63,434 bases of DNA from Thecamonas trahens ATCC 50062 (taxonomy: Eukaryota > Protista > Apusomonadida): the NCBI RefSeq assembly GCF_000142905.1, contig NW_013657679.1:510114-573547 (forward strand), given 5' to 3'. Below, in pieces: positions 19,111 through 30,431 of the stretch. The notes beneath the pieces are model-generated. The model did not search any database. It worked only from the letters and a program-made list of their open reading frames with translations, and was not told the DNA's origin. Position 1 is the first letter of the stretch. Each line of letters starts with the position of its first letter. A program made the position numbers and the translations under genes.

Positions 19111-22100
19111 ATGGACGCCTTGATAGCGGTAGGTTGCCTGGCGTGGCCGGGCGGCGTGTCTCGTCTGGGAGGGGTTAGCGAGCGAGCGAGTGAGCGAGAC
19201 AGACAGACAGACTGGCAGACAGACAGACAGACAGACAGTGCGAGAAGAAGGGAGGGAGGGAGAGGGAGAGAGAGAGAGGAGCACGGCGAGACTCACCCAG
19301 ATAGGCTCGTGCGGGAGACGATGCACAGCTGGCGCGCGACTCGGCTATCTTTGTCCGGACGGGGGCCGAGGTGTGTGGGCTGATCCAGGACCGGCGGTAT
19401 CTGTGGTCTGCGTACAAGGACTGTGTCGTGGGCTCGGAGCTGGCATCGTTCTTCCTCACCTTTGCGCTGGCAAGCAGCCGTGAGGAGGCAGTTGCGCTCG
19501 GCGATGCGCTCATCGAGCTTGGAGTCCTCAAGCATGTGCTCGGACGGCACACGTTCAAGGACAAGTACTTGTTCTACGAGTTTGACGACCGCGCCATCGC
19601 CGCGCTGCGGAGCTCGATTCGCGACATCCTGTCCGACGTGGAGACCGCGGCACGACCGTCAGTCCTAGGCGCGGCAGTGTCTGCACGAGTCCGCGGGGAT
19701 GACAAAGGACTGCCGGCCGCAAGCATCGATGTTGGCCGAGGCGCTCTGCGGCGCGCCGGACCCAGCTCGGGCGGAGCGCGATCGCGGGCGGCGTCGGTGC
19801 TTCCGGAGCCTTCGGCGTCGAGCACTCGCATCGCCCAGGTTGAGCTGCTGGCCGACTTGTACGTGGAGCAAAAGGTGTTTGTTGAGGCTGCCAAGCTGTA
19901 CGCCTATGCGTTATCGTTGCGCCTGAGCATGGCGGGCGACGGCGCCGAGAGCAATAGCTCCGGCGAGCTGCACGCGGTCCAGCTGGGCGTGATGGCACAG
20001 CGGCGGCTCCTTGTTCGGCTATTTTTTGTCGAGTTTGCATACCTGCAGCACATGGCGGGCACGATGAGCTCGAAGGATGCGCGCGATCCGAGCTCGCGCA
20101 AGCGGCTGAAGGCGTTCCGCGCCCGGGCGTTTGCGGCGTTTGAGTCGCTCACTGTGAGCGGCAAGGCGTCAAGCAAGCGCGGCGTGAGCAAAGGCAAAGG
20201 CAAAGGCAAGAGCGATGGTGATGACGACGGCTCTGCAGCAGCGCTGTCCAAGTGTGCCGAGGCTGTGCGGGCAATGGCGCGGTCGCGCGAAGCGCTGAGA
20301 CTCTCGCGGCTCAACGCGATGATCATGCTCGAGTCGGGCGGATCAGCGTCGGATATTTCAATTTACTGCGCAGACACGGTCATCAGCATTTTCTCGGACA
20401 TGGTCCGTGGGGCGGTGATGGAGCTTGGCCCGCCGCCGAGTGCGTATGCGCTCGCAGTGGTCGGTGATCTGGCCTGCCGCAACGTGGCGCTTTACCCGCG
20501 GCTGGACTTTGCGGTGGTGATGGAGGACGACAGCGACGAGGCATCGGCGTACTTTCACACGCTCTCCACCCTTGTCTTTCTCAAGGTCATTGGGCTGGGC
20601 GAGACACAGGTCCAGGTCTTTGGCACACAGCGCAACGAGTTTGGCTGCTCGTTCGGCCTCTTCACGCCGGTCCACTTTCCCAACGAGGCGCTGGGCACGC
20701 CGCTCAAGCTGGCTTCACTTTTCCTCACCGGTTCGACATTTGGCGGTGGGAGTGGGCCTGGCGGACCTGGACCAGGAAGCCCCGATGCGCGACGGTCGCC
20801 GTTGATCTCGCCTTCGCCGGCGTCGCCACCGGCGTCGGAGCTCTCGTTCTCGGTCCCGTGCATTCCGCCGGGTGCGGTTGATTATTCGGTCTTCTGCCGC
20901 GCGTTTTACCCGATGCGACTGGTAGCTGGCGAGTCGAACCTCTTGGCGCAGTTTCGGGCGTTGGTTGACACAGTGCTTGGCTGCCCGCTGCAAGACATGT
21001 CGTACTCTGCGCTGCGGAGCGCGCCGCTGCGACCCGTGACGCCGGTGGCGGCGCGCGCAGACGACGAGATGTTTGTCACTGGCTCGGTGGTGCGGCATGT
21101 GCTGGCGACGGCGATGATCCGCGAAGCGGTGCACGCTTTTGATGCACGCCGTAACGCAGCGTCGGGCGCTGTTTCGGTTCCATACCTCCACGCGCGGCCG
21201 CTGGTGTGGGACCTACTCCAAGGTCTCATTCACGGCCTCGCATTCTACTTTGAGGTCGATGAGGTCGACTCGTGCTGGATGGCGGTAGAGCAGCTAACCT
21301 CGCAGGGGGTGCTCTCGCCGCAGCTCTCGGGCGAGCTGATGGCGGCACTCTCGTTTGTGTACGTGCTGCGGCTGAAGCTGGCGCAGCACTATGGATGTGG
21401 GCGCGAGCTTGCGACGTCGCCGGTGCTCAAGCGGGCACATGCCCAGCGGGTTGGCAACTGCGAGTGCGGCGGATGGAGTGAGGCATCGGGCTGCCGGCTC
21501 GCTGACGCGCCGCTCCTCTCTCACTCGCCGGTCTACGAGCTGTCGGCTAGCGAGGCCGAGGCGCTCGAGCACGCACTCCGACTCGGTCTTGCGCTCGCGT
21601 CTGAGCTGGAGCGGCTTGTCTCGGGCGTGCTCCCATACTCGACGCCGCTGTTGGGCCACACGCTCGAGCCAGCGCTGGAGGCGAGCTCACTTGGCGGGCA
21701 GCTGATGACAGCACAGGGCCTGGAGATCATGCATGCCTTTTCGTCGGCAGCGAGAGTGTACGACGCTGTGGCCACCGAGATTTGCGACGGTGTTGAGACG
21801 CTGCTCCCTGTCGAGATGGCGGCACTGCAAGGATGGGTGGCATGGCGGCGTGGGCGTGCCGAGCTGGCGAAGCTGGCCGATGGCCTGGCAGCCCCTGACA
21901 CCGCGGTGGCACATCTCAGCACTGCGCTGCAGTGGCTCGCAGACATCGAGCGGCTTTCAGGCGACCCGGCCAAGGATGTGGCACTGTACGGCGCCAACGC
22001 CGGAGCCGAGAGCTCGGGTGGAAGCGCAGCGACGTGGCTGGTGTGGTCGCTGATGGGTTTGTACTCGCGGCCTGCCATTGGGTACGCGCGGGCACTGGTC

Positions 22101-23459
22101 CTGGTGCATGTCGGCATGGCGTACGGGTATGGCGGGTGGCGTGGACACCAGCGTGCAGCGCTCAAGGAAGCGCTTGCAGTGCTGACCTCGCTGGACCAGG
22201 GCTCGGTGTCTGCGGCGGCGCGGACGTACTCTGCGGTCGGGCTCCAGCGGGCGCTGGTGACTGTGTATGGTGAGCTGGGACGGGTCGAGCTGTGCGGCAA
22301 GTCGCTGGCGCTGGCGTCGTCGTACCTGACGTCTGCGCTCAACCGGCTGCGAGCTTCCTCGCTCCGGGTCTCGTGCCCATCGCCGCATGCTGCAACAGGG
22401 GTAGAGGCCTACGGCATGTCGTTCTCGGAGGCGTCGGCGGCGGCTGGGCTGGCGCCGTTTGTAGACGCGCACCTCTCGCTGCTGTTCGGCACCATGTCGG
22501 AGCTGATGGTGGCACGTGGTGACCTGTCTGCGGGCAAGGACTACGTGGCGCGCGGCATCGAGGTGCAGGAGCACCATTTGCGGCGCGACGGGGTGCCGCA
22601 CGCAGCGCTCGGCGAGCACTACATGCAGATGGGCCGGATTCTGGCACGGTCGCACATGCACTCGGAAGCACTGGACTGGTTCGGGTGGGCCATGCACGTG
22701 TTTGAGCGGGTGTACGGAGCTGTGCTCGCGTTGCGCGGGCCCGAGGCGACGGCGACTGCGATGTGTGCGTTGGCGTCGCCCCCGGGTGCGTCGCGGGCAG
22801 CGGTGGCGATGGGCGAGGTGCACGCTGCACTGGCGGACACGCTCTATCAACTGGGCTACTTTGACATGGCTGAGCTCCACTACGGATACGTGGTGCGGCT
22901 GGCAGAGGCGGCCAAAGAGGAGGCAGGCGGCGGAGCGTTTGTGTCGTCGGTGCGCTCGCGACTGGCGCTTGCAGCGGCCAAGGCGCGCGAGGCGATCGGC
23001 GCGATCTGCAACATCCAGGAGCGGTTCAGCCTGGCGGCCGAGGCGTATGCAATGGCGCTGGCGGCGTACGACCAGGTGCTGAGCGAGTCGGCGGCTGCCG
23101 AGGCAGCCAACCAGGACGAGCCGTGGAAGGCAGGTGGCTCCGTCCGCGGGCGTCCCGCAACAACCGGGAGCACCGGCTCGGGCGGCTCGAGCTCGACATC
23201 TGCGGCGTCGTCGTCCGCAGGCGGGCGGGTGAGCCGCGACGAGGAGGCGCGCCGGCGGGCCGAGGTCGAGCTGGACGCCGGACGGTGCCGGTTTAACGCC
23301 GGGTTTGTGGCCAAGGCGCTCAGCCATGCCGAAGAGGCGGTGAGCTACTTTGAGGGCGCGCATGCAATCTTTGCGCGGGTGCTTGGCGCAACCCACCCCG
23401 ATACGGTGCTTGCGAGGGCGGAGAGCAAGCGGCAGACCGAGAAAGCGGCGGCGAGCTGA
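19111..23459 (+). CDS. DEP domain + DUF294/GlnD-like nucleotidyltransferase-fold domain + TPR-like repeats (2 exons: 19111-19128, 19329-23459)
   Basis: DEP: IQDRRYLWSAYKDCVVGSEL...SREEAVALGDALIELGVLKHV...FKDKYLFYEF. NTase-like: LGPPPSAYALAVVGDLACRNVALYPRLDF. TPR-like helices end in RVLGATHPDT. Intron 19129-19328 (GTAGGT...GACTCAC...CAG) inferred; an alternative in-frame acceptor exists at 19304. Confidence 0.8.
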
Positions 23460-23488
23460 TCAATCAGCTCAACACAGCGCATGGTGGC

Positions 23489-24397
23489 CTACGACTCGTG
23501 ATAAAAGGCATGAAGAGTGCGGAATTCGATCTCCTTAGAGTCTGCGACGTTCTCGTAGACTGGCGGCGGCAGCATGTACAGGCGATCCATCCACGAGCCA
23601 AACGCGTCGACGACCTTTGGCTTGACGTCAAAGAGCAGTGACCACTCGAGCGGGAGCGCAATGGAGGCCTCGACGCAGGCGTAGGCGACGGCGCCTGCGG
23701 CGATCTCGTGCGGGGCGAGGCAGAGGCAGACCCGGGTCAAATGCGCGTCGTTGGCGACGCGGATGGCGTTGGATGCAAGGTCTGAGCGAAGGGCGGCAGC
23801 GGCGGCGTCGTTAGCAGCGACGCGGTCGGGCAACGGCGGGACAGAGCTCGGACCAGGCTCAGCTTCGACCTTGCCGGGCATGAGATCGAGCATGTTGAGC
23901 ATGTTGAGGATGAACTTGTGCGGGAGGACGACGACTGGGACAAAGCCCGAGGCGCGGAGCAGCTCGCGCTCGGCGTGGGCGACGCGCGAGCCGAGCTTGC
24001 GGAACTTTTGGCAGAAGAGATCAAGCGAGTGCGGTGACTCCTTGTCGCCGGTCACGCACGCCTGGAGCAGATGGTGCATGACCTGGACGACGTCGGGCAG
24101 GTCGGCGGGCGGCGACTCGGGCTGCATCTTGGAGGCGGCAAGGAGGGCGGCCGGGGCGGCGAACCAGACCTCGATGTCGGTGTATGCCGAGACCGAGTAC
24201 AGACGATGGAGCAGAGCCATGGCAGTGACGGTAGTGAGCGGCGGCAGATGCAGCAGCGGGCCGGCGGCGGCAACCAGCATGGCCCCGTACCGCACCAGGT
24301 GGTGGTCGAGCCACGACATGGTGCCCGGTTCGGGCGGCGGGCCCTCGTCCTCCAGTCGCCGCTGCGGCAGCCAGACCTCGGCGTGGAGGTCTTCCAT
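23489..24397 (-). CDS. Cyclin, cyclin L-like (transcriptional cyclin family)
   Basis: LLHLPPLTTVTAMALLHRLY, AALLAASKM, AERELLRASGF...LPHKFILNML, ANDAHLTRVCLCLAPHEIAAGAV, LEWSLLFDV. Confidence 0.85.
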   Translation of the reverse strand: MEDLHAEVWLPQRRLEDEGPPPEPGTMSWLDHHLVRYGAMLVAAAGPLLHLPPLTTVTAMALLHRLYSVSAYTDIEVWFAAPAALLAASKMQPESPPADLPDVVQVMHHLLQACVTGDKESPHSLDLFCQKFRKLGSRVAHAERELLRASGFVPVVVLPHKFILNMLNMLDLMPGKVEAEPGPSSVPPLPDRVAANDAAAAALRSDLASNAIRVANDAHLTRVCLCLAPHEIAAGAVAYACVEASIALPLEWSLLFDVKPKVVDAFGSWMDRLYMLPPPVYENVADSKEIEFRTLHAFYHES

Positions 24398-24493
24398 GAT
24401 CGGGGAGTCGGCTGGGAGGGGTGTGGGGCTAGGTGGAGTGCCAAGGCGGCAGTGGTGGCGGCAGTGGTGGCGACTGGGCGCGTCATCGGTGGC

Positions 24494-24547
24494 CATTGGC
24501 ATTGGCTTTGGCATTGGCTTTGGCATTGGCATTGGCATTGGCATTGG
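24494..24547. repeat. (GGCWTT)n hexamer repeat in divergent intergenic region
   Basis: About 9 units of GGCATT/GGCTTT. Confidence 0.85.
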
Positions 24548-24624
24548 GAGGGCGGTGGGCAGCCAGCCGGACAGGCGGTGAGCCGACAGGCGGTACGACT
24601 CGACTCGACCCGGCTCGACAGGCT

Positions 24625-25194
24625 ATGGCAGCAAGCCCAGGATACGAGGCCACGACCGCGGCCGATGCCAGGTTGAGCAGCGATCAGGTGGCGCATCTCG
24701 AAGGTGTGGCACAGATCGTGTTCCCGGTGTGCGCCGAGCCGCTCGAGGCGCTGCAGCGGTGCACCGATGGCGGAGACGGGACCGATGCAAGGTCTGGAAG
24801 CGGCGCAGGCTGCGATGCCGAGCTGCAAGCCTTTCGTGCTTGCTCCGAGATGTGTGTGACGAGCACGATGGCGCTCCGCCGCGGATGTGGGGCTGAGATG
24901 GCGGCGTTCTTTGCGGCGTGGGACGCGCCGAGCGTGAGCATCGGCTCGGACAAGCTGCTCTCGATCGAGTACCGGAGCGCCGATCGGACGGACGCGGCAG
25001 CAGCAGCAGCGGTAGCATGCCACGACGCACAGCTGGCGGCGTTGGCGGCCGAGTCGGGGGCGGTGGCAGGCAGCGCGACGGCCGGCTCACTCGAGCCGGG
25101 CGCCCGTGCCGCCTTTGTCCGCTCGCTCCTTGCCGCCATGAAGCGTGCAGGCTGGGGGAGGAGCGGGGGCGGGGGCGGAACAGCAAACACTTGA
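24625..25194 (+). CDS. Twin CX9C (CHCH-like) protein, possibly mitochondrial intermembrane space
   Basis: C-AEPLEALQR-C and C-DAELQAFRA-C, each with exactly 9 intervening residues. ATG at 24625. Confidence 0.65.
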   Translation: MAASPGYEATTAADARLSSDQVAHLEGVAQIVFPVCAEPLEALQRCTDGGDGTDARSGSGAGCDAELQAFRACSEMCVTSTMALRRGCGAEMAAFFAAWDAPSVSIGSDKLLSIEYRSADRTDAAAAAAVACHDAQLAALAAESGAVAGSATAGSLEPGARAAFVRSLLAAMKRAGWGRSGGGGGTANT

Positions 25195-25207
25195 GCCATG
25201 CCAGGGC

Positions 25208-25810
25208 ATGCAGGGGCAGGCGGAAGTGGGCTTGCCAGTCTGCGGGCGGCGCTGCGTGCTGCGGGCGCGCTGCGGAGTGCGGGCGAGGTCGGCCGGGTCC
25301 GGAAGTGGCTCCGCGACGTGGCCGCTCGCGGCGCCGGGCGGAGCGATGCGGACGAGCAGCGAGGGCGAGGGTCATGTGCTCGGCGCCGAACCAGATGCTG
25401 TGCTGTATCCAGGCTACGAGACGGCTGCGGCGGCGATGGCTGACGCAGGTGCGGGCGATCGGACGGTGGCTGTTCTTGCGGCGGCCGGCAGCGAGGTGGC
25501 GGTGCGGCGGGTGGTGGCGACGATGGACGCGGCGTTGCGGCGGAACGAGGCGCGGCCGGCCGCAGTGCCTGCGGCGGCGCCGCGCAAGGCGCGATCGCGG
25601 CGGATGCACGCGGCGGAGGCTGCGGTGAACGCTGCGGTGCTAGATGCAGTGGCAGCGATCAACCGGACCGCCGGCTTGCGCATCCCGTCGCCACTGGTCT
25701 CGCGCCCGCCGCCGCGGACGTCCAAGTCGCACCGGCTTCGGACGCGGCGGGCTAACAAAGCGGCGACGCGGGCGGCGATCAAACAGTTTCTACAGCGCGA
25801 GCTGACATGA
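25208..25810 (+). CDS. Hypothetical protein
   Basis: About 200-codon ORF filling the space between two genes, with a basic C-terminus. No recognised domain; start uncertain. Confidence 0.45.
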   Translation: MQGQAEVGLPVCGRRCVLRARCGVRARSAGSGSGSATWPLAAPGGAMRTSSEGEGHVLGAEPDAVLYPGYETAAAAMADAGAGDRTVAVLAAAGSEVAVRRVVATMDAALRRNEARPAAVPAAAPRKARSRRMHAAEAAVNAAVLDAVAAINRTAGLRIPSPLVSRPPPRTSKSHRLRTRRANKAATRAAIKQFLQRELT

Positions 25811-25822
25811 TGAGCAGCCATT

Positions 25823-26374
25823 TTACAGGAGTGTGCAACCCTTCTTCTTGGACGAGCTCGACGGGGTGTCGTCGTCGCCGCCGCCGCCGCGGGACGATCG
25901 GATGCGCCGGACAATGGTCTCGAAAATGAGCGTGACATTGGTGTCGGTCTTGGCCGACGACTCGACGTAGTCGGCGTCCCAGAGCTTGGCCTTGGCCTCG
26001 CCGTCTTCCGAGGTCACCACACGGTCGGCCTCGAGATCGATCTTGTTGGCAACGAGCGTGATACACACGGCCCGGTCCTCCAGCGAGCGCTCGATGCGCT
26101 GCCGGATCTCGTCCACGTGTTCAAATGATGCCTGGTTCGTCACATCGTAGACAAGGATAAAGCCCTCGCCGGACTTCATGTACGCGTCGAGCATCGAAGA
26201 GTACCCCTCCTGCCCCGCCGTGTCGAGGATGTCCAGCATGCATGCCTCGTCGTCCACCACCAGCGGCTTTGAGTACGAGTCCTCGATGGTTGGATCGTAC
26301 CGCGCCACAAACTTGCCTTTGATGAATCGGACCGTCAGCGCCGACTTGCCCACTGAGCCGGAGCCCAGCACCGT
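25823..26374 (-). CDS. Ras/Rap-family small GTPase (5' exon missing, probably in gap)
   Basis: VLGSGSVGKS, YDPTIEDSY, DTAGQE, NKID, SAK and polybasic KKKGCTLL CAAX. A CAG acceptor at 26377-26375 precedes TVLG; the first few codons are not visible. Confidence 0.93.
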   Translation of the reverse strand, partial: TVLGSGSVGKSALTVRFIKGKFVARYDPTIEDSYSKPLVVDDEACMLDILDTAGQEGYSSMLDAYMKSGEGFILVYDVTNQASFEHVDEIRQRIERSLEDRAVCITLVANKIDLEADRVVTSEDGEAKAKLWDADYVESSAKTDTNVTLIFETIVRRIRSSRGGGGDDDTPSSSSKKKGCTLL

Positions 26375-26480
26375 CTGTTGTGCGGCGGCGGCCAGCAAGA
26401 GGGATAAAGCCCGGTCCAGAATGGAGCGGCCATTCCCCACCATCGATACGCGCCAGCACCATCACCATCACCAGCACCAA

Positions 26481-26522
26481 GACCAGGACCAGGACCAGGA
26501 CCAGGACCAGGACCAGGACCAG

Positions 26523-26564
<42 letters not shown>
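26481..26564. repeat. (GACCAG)n then (GAC)n microsatellites at gap edge
   Basis: Directly visible. Confidence 0.9.
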
Positions 26565-27339
26565 NNNNNNNNNNNNNNNNNNNNNNNNNNNNNNNNNNNN
26601 NNNNNNNNNNNNNNNNNNNNNNNNNNNNNNNNNNNNNNNNNNNNNNNNNNNNNNNNNNNNNNNNNNNNNNNNNNNNNNNNNNNNNNNNNNNNNNNNNNNN
26701 NNNNNNNNNNNNNNNNNNNNNNNNNNNNNNNNNNNNNNNNNNNNNNNNNNNNNNNNNNNNNNNNNNNNNNNNNNNNNNNNNNNNNNNNNNNNNNNNNNNN
26801 NNNNNNNNNNNNNNNNNNNNNNNNNNNNNNNNNNNNNNNNNNNNNNNNNNNNNNNNNNNNNNNNNNNNNNNNNNNNNNNNNNNNNNNNNNNNNNNNNNNN
26901 NNNNNNNNNNNNNNNNNNNNNNNNNNNNNNNNNNNNNNNNNNNNNNNNNNNNNNNNNNNNNNNNNNNNNNNNNNNNNNNNNNNNNNNNNNNNNNNNNNNN
27001 NNNNNNNNNNNNNNNNNNNNNNNNNNNNNNNNNNNNNNNNNNNNNNNNNNNNNNNNNNNNNNNNNNNNNNNNNNNNNNNNNNNNNNNNNNNNNNNNNNNN
27101 NNNNNNNNNNNNNNNNNNNNNNNNNNNNNNNNNNNNNNNNNNNNNNNNNNNNNNNNNNNNNNNNNNNNNNNNNNNNNNNNNNNNNNNNNNNNNNNNNNNN
27201 NNNNNNNNNNNNNNNNNNNNNNNNNNNNNNNNNNNNNNNNNNNNNNNNNNNNNNNNNNNNNNNNNNNNNNNNNNNNNNNNNNNNNNNNNNNNNNNNNNNN
27301 NNNNNNNNNNNNNNNNNNNNNNNNNNNNNNNNNNNNNNN
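26565..27339. other. Assembly gap
   Basis: N run. Confidence 1.
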
Positions 27340-27341
27340 GG

Positions 27342-27397
27342 TGAGAGAGAGAGAGAGAGAGAGAGAGAGTGTGTGTGTGTGTGTATGTGCGTGTGTG
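27342..27397. repeat. (GA)n(GT)n microsatellite at gap edge
   Basis: Directly visible. Confidence 0.9.
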
Positions 27398-27853
27398 CAG
27401 GGTGCGGGGTGCAGGGTGGTGGTACAAGGTGGTGCGGGTAGTGTCGGCTGTGGCTGGTGTCTGGACTGTGTATGCTGCGTCGGGCTGATCATCCCTCCGA
27501 CACAGCGGGGGAGGGGGACGGGGGACGGGAAGGGAGCGGGGGAGGGGGGAGGGGGGAGGGGGGGAGGGGTAGGAGGGGGCGGGGGGGAGGGACGAGGGGG
27601 TGGGGGCCGGGTGAGGGAGGGTGGCAGAATGGTGGGCCGTACACTGATGGAGAAGAGACGTCTGTCAGTGTGGGGAGAGTCAGCCGAGGTGGGCGGAGGC
27701 GGTGGCAGTGGCGGTGGCGGTGGCAGTGGCGGTGGGCGGGCGAGGCAGAGGCAGCTGACGGCGCAATTGTTCAATCGAGACCATAGGACTGTCGGACCGC
27801 CGGACCGTTGGACTGTCGGACTGTCAGGAGATGGGTTGATACTGGCGGGGCGC

Positions 27854-30070
27854 TCAGAACTCGATGGGCAGGCCATGGGTGTTGAGGTACCAGCCGAGGG
27901 CGGCGACGGCGCCCGAGGCGGCGACGAGCTGGAAGGTGTACTCGGTAGCGTAAAAGGCGAGCGCAGCGACTTCGCCGATCGAGTTGATCTTGAAGCCGTT
28001 GCGCCAGACGCCGCCGTGGATGGCGTTGTGGGCAAAGAGCTCCATGGGGTTGCTGAGCACGACCGAGGGGTTGGCGACAGCGTCCGGGTTCTGAATGTCG
28101 TGGACGAGGATGGCGGCCATGACGGCGTTGGAGGTCTCCTGGTAGAAGACCTCCATGGCGGCAAAGAAGCGGAAGCCGCCGTACGCGGCGGCGAAGGACT
28201 TGTTGTCGACAACGGACTTGGTGGCGGTCGAAGGGGCAACGTGCTTGGAGACCGGGGTGTTCATCTCGGTGCGGGCGACGACAGCGCGGGCCTGCTGGAT
28301 GGTCTTGGCGAGGGCGTAGTTGGGGCCCTGCGCGGTGACGACGCCGTCGCAAATGGCGTACTCGGTGCCGTCGTCGCCGACAAAGAGCGGGAGCGCGTTG
28401 GAGACGAGCTTCTTGCCAAAGGTGAGGCCGCGGACGAGGCGCTGCCACATCGGGGCGTTGGCCTCGTTGGCGGCGGCGGCGGCGCGGGCCTCCTTAGGAA
28501 TGACGTAGGTGAGAGTCGGGGTGCAGAGGTAGGCGAGGCGAAGGTTGAGGCCCTCGTCGAGGAGCGAGGCGACGATGGCGTCCATGGCAAGCGAGACCTG
28601 GACGTGGAGTGCGCCGTGGAGGTAGGCGTACGAGCCGATGGTGAGCTCGCGCTTGGAGAACTCGGCGTTGATCCAGTTGCGGATCTCAGGCGTCTGGGTG
28701 AAGAGGTTGCAGCCTGCGGCGGCGGCGAGCTCGCCTTCGTCGGCGCACTCGGACGCCGGCCGCGAGAGCGGGTAAAACATGCGACCGGGCGAGTTGCGGG
28801 CGATGGAGAAGAGGCGCTTCCAGATGCCCGGGCGGTCAAGATCGATGGCGATGATGTTGGCGCCCATAGCCATGAGCTGGAGGAGCGGGCCCATGGCCGA
28901 GCCGGCGCCGAGGAGGACAAAGTACTTGTCAGAGAGATCCATCCACTCGGGGTTGTCGGCGACGGCCTCGATGGCCTCGGCGGCGTCGGCCTCGATGGTC
29001 CCGGCCTCGACCCACTTGCGGAGCTGGTCCTTGAGCGCCTGTCCACTCAGCGTCCCGGTCTTGTACGGGACCTCGAGGACGCCGGAGCCCTTGGGCGCCT
29101 CGCCCTCGACCACACCGGTGTAGAACGAGTCGGCAAAGCGGCCGTCCATGGCCTCGGCCAGGGTGAAGGTCTGCCCGTCGCGCACAAACTCAAACGTCGA
29201 GTGAGCGCGGCGGAGGAGGGCCTTGGAGATGGAGACCGCAGACTTCTTCGACTTGCAGCAGAGCTGGACCATGCGGAGCAGGTGCTGCGGGTACGAGAAG
29301 CGCCAGCCGCGGTCGCCGCGGATGGCCGCCGCCGCCTCCGCGTCCTGCACCTCGACCGCTGTCGAGAAAATGTCCTTGCACGCCGCCGTCGTCGACCGCT
29401 TGCCCTTGGCATCCTGCGGGAAGAGGAGGCCAGCCGGCGCAGGCGCGGGCTTACCAAAGTTGGCGCGCTTCTTGAACTGACCCTTGCGCTGCTTCTGCAT
29501 GTGGCCAAACATGATCGGGCCGCCCGGCACGTAGAGCGCGAGCAGCGCAAGCGAGATGTAGTACACCGGCACGAGCGTCGGGTCGGCCTTGGTCGTCTTG
29601 AGCGTCGACCAGACCTGGATGAGCTCGCCCGAGATGCCGGTCGGGTACAGGATCATAAACAGCGAGTACCGCGCCCAGAACAGCGCGTACGGCACCTTGT
29701 TCATCGGAAGGTACAGGTTGACGGCGTAGAACGCGTACCGCGGCACCTCCACCAGCGACCACGAGCCGACCATGAGCCACAGCGACCAGTGCTTCTGTGC
29801 CGCAGGGAACGCGTTGGTGTAGCCCCACAGCAGCACAATGCGCGACGCAACCTGCATGGCAGTCGTCACCACCGGCGAGCGCACAAAGCCGATGAGCGAG
29901 TGCACCACCTCGAGCAGCGCCATCGTCTGCGCCACCTTGAGCGCACCCTCGATAACCGGCCACGCCTCCTCGGCCGTCTTGTCCTCAGTCCAGGCCGTCA
30001 CCAGGAGCACAAGCGTGTATGCCCACGCCACCATGGCGATCACATTGTACAGAAACAGGTACGCTGTGTG

Positions 30071-30106
<36 letters not shown>

Positions 30107-30267
30107 TGTGTGTGTTTGTGAGAGTGTGTGAAAAAAAGGAGGAAGGCAACCAGAGGACGGTGTACAGAGTAGCGAGGGGGTGCAGGGGGGTGGCTGGGGG
30201 AGGAAGGTGAAGGGGAGGGGGGGGTGTGGGGGTGTGGGGTGTGTGTGGGGGGTGGCGTACGCTTCAT
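27854..30267 (-). CDS. Very-long-chain 3-hydroxyacyl-CoA dehydratase (HACD/PTPLA/Phs1) fused to an uncharacterised Rossmann/SDR-like domain (2 exons: 30267-30261, 30063-27854)
   Basis: 7-nt first exon ATGAAGC and intron 30260-30064 (GTACGC...CAG) give MKPYLFLYN. PTPLA motifs LLEVVHSLIGFVRSP, QVASR, WSLVEVPRYAFY, WARYSLFMILYPTGISGEL, HMQKQRK. About 520 further residues with LLGAGSAMGP and QGPNYALAK. Confidence 0.92.
30065..30130. repeat. Imperfect (GT)n microsatellite inside HACD intron
   Basis: Directly visible, adjacent to the 3' splice site. Confidence 0.9.
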
Positions 30268-30431
30268 GGTTGAGTGTGGGTTGAGTGTGGGCTACAGTGG
30301 GTCGCTGGTGGTAGTGGGAGCGGCGGGCGGAGGCGCGGGGACGTGGAAGGCGCGGGGGGCAGTCGGTCCGAGTTCCACCCATTTTCATCTTCACTGGCCG
30401 GATCTTACTCGGGTCCTAGTTGGGTCTGGCG

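Noticed and set aside
26178-28239. ORFs spanning N-gaps (poly-X translations)
   Set aside because: Artefacts of Ns lacking stop codons.
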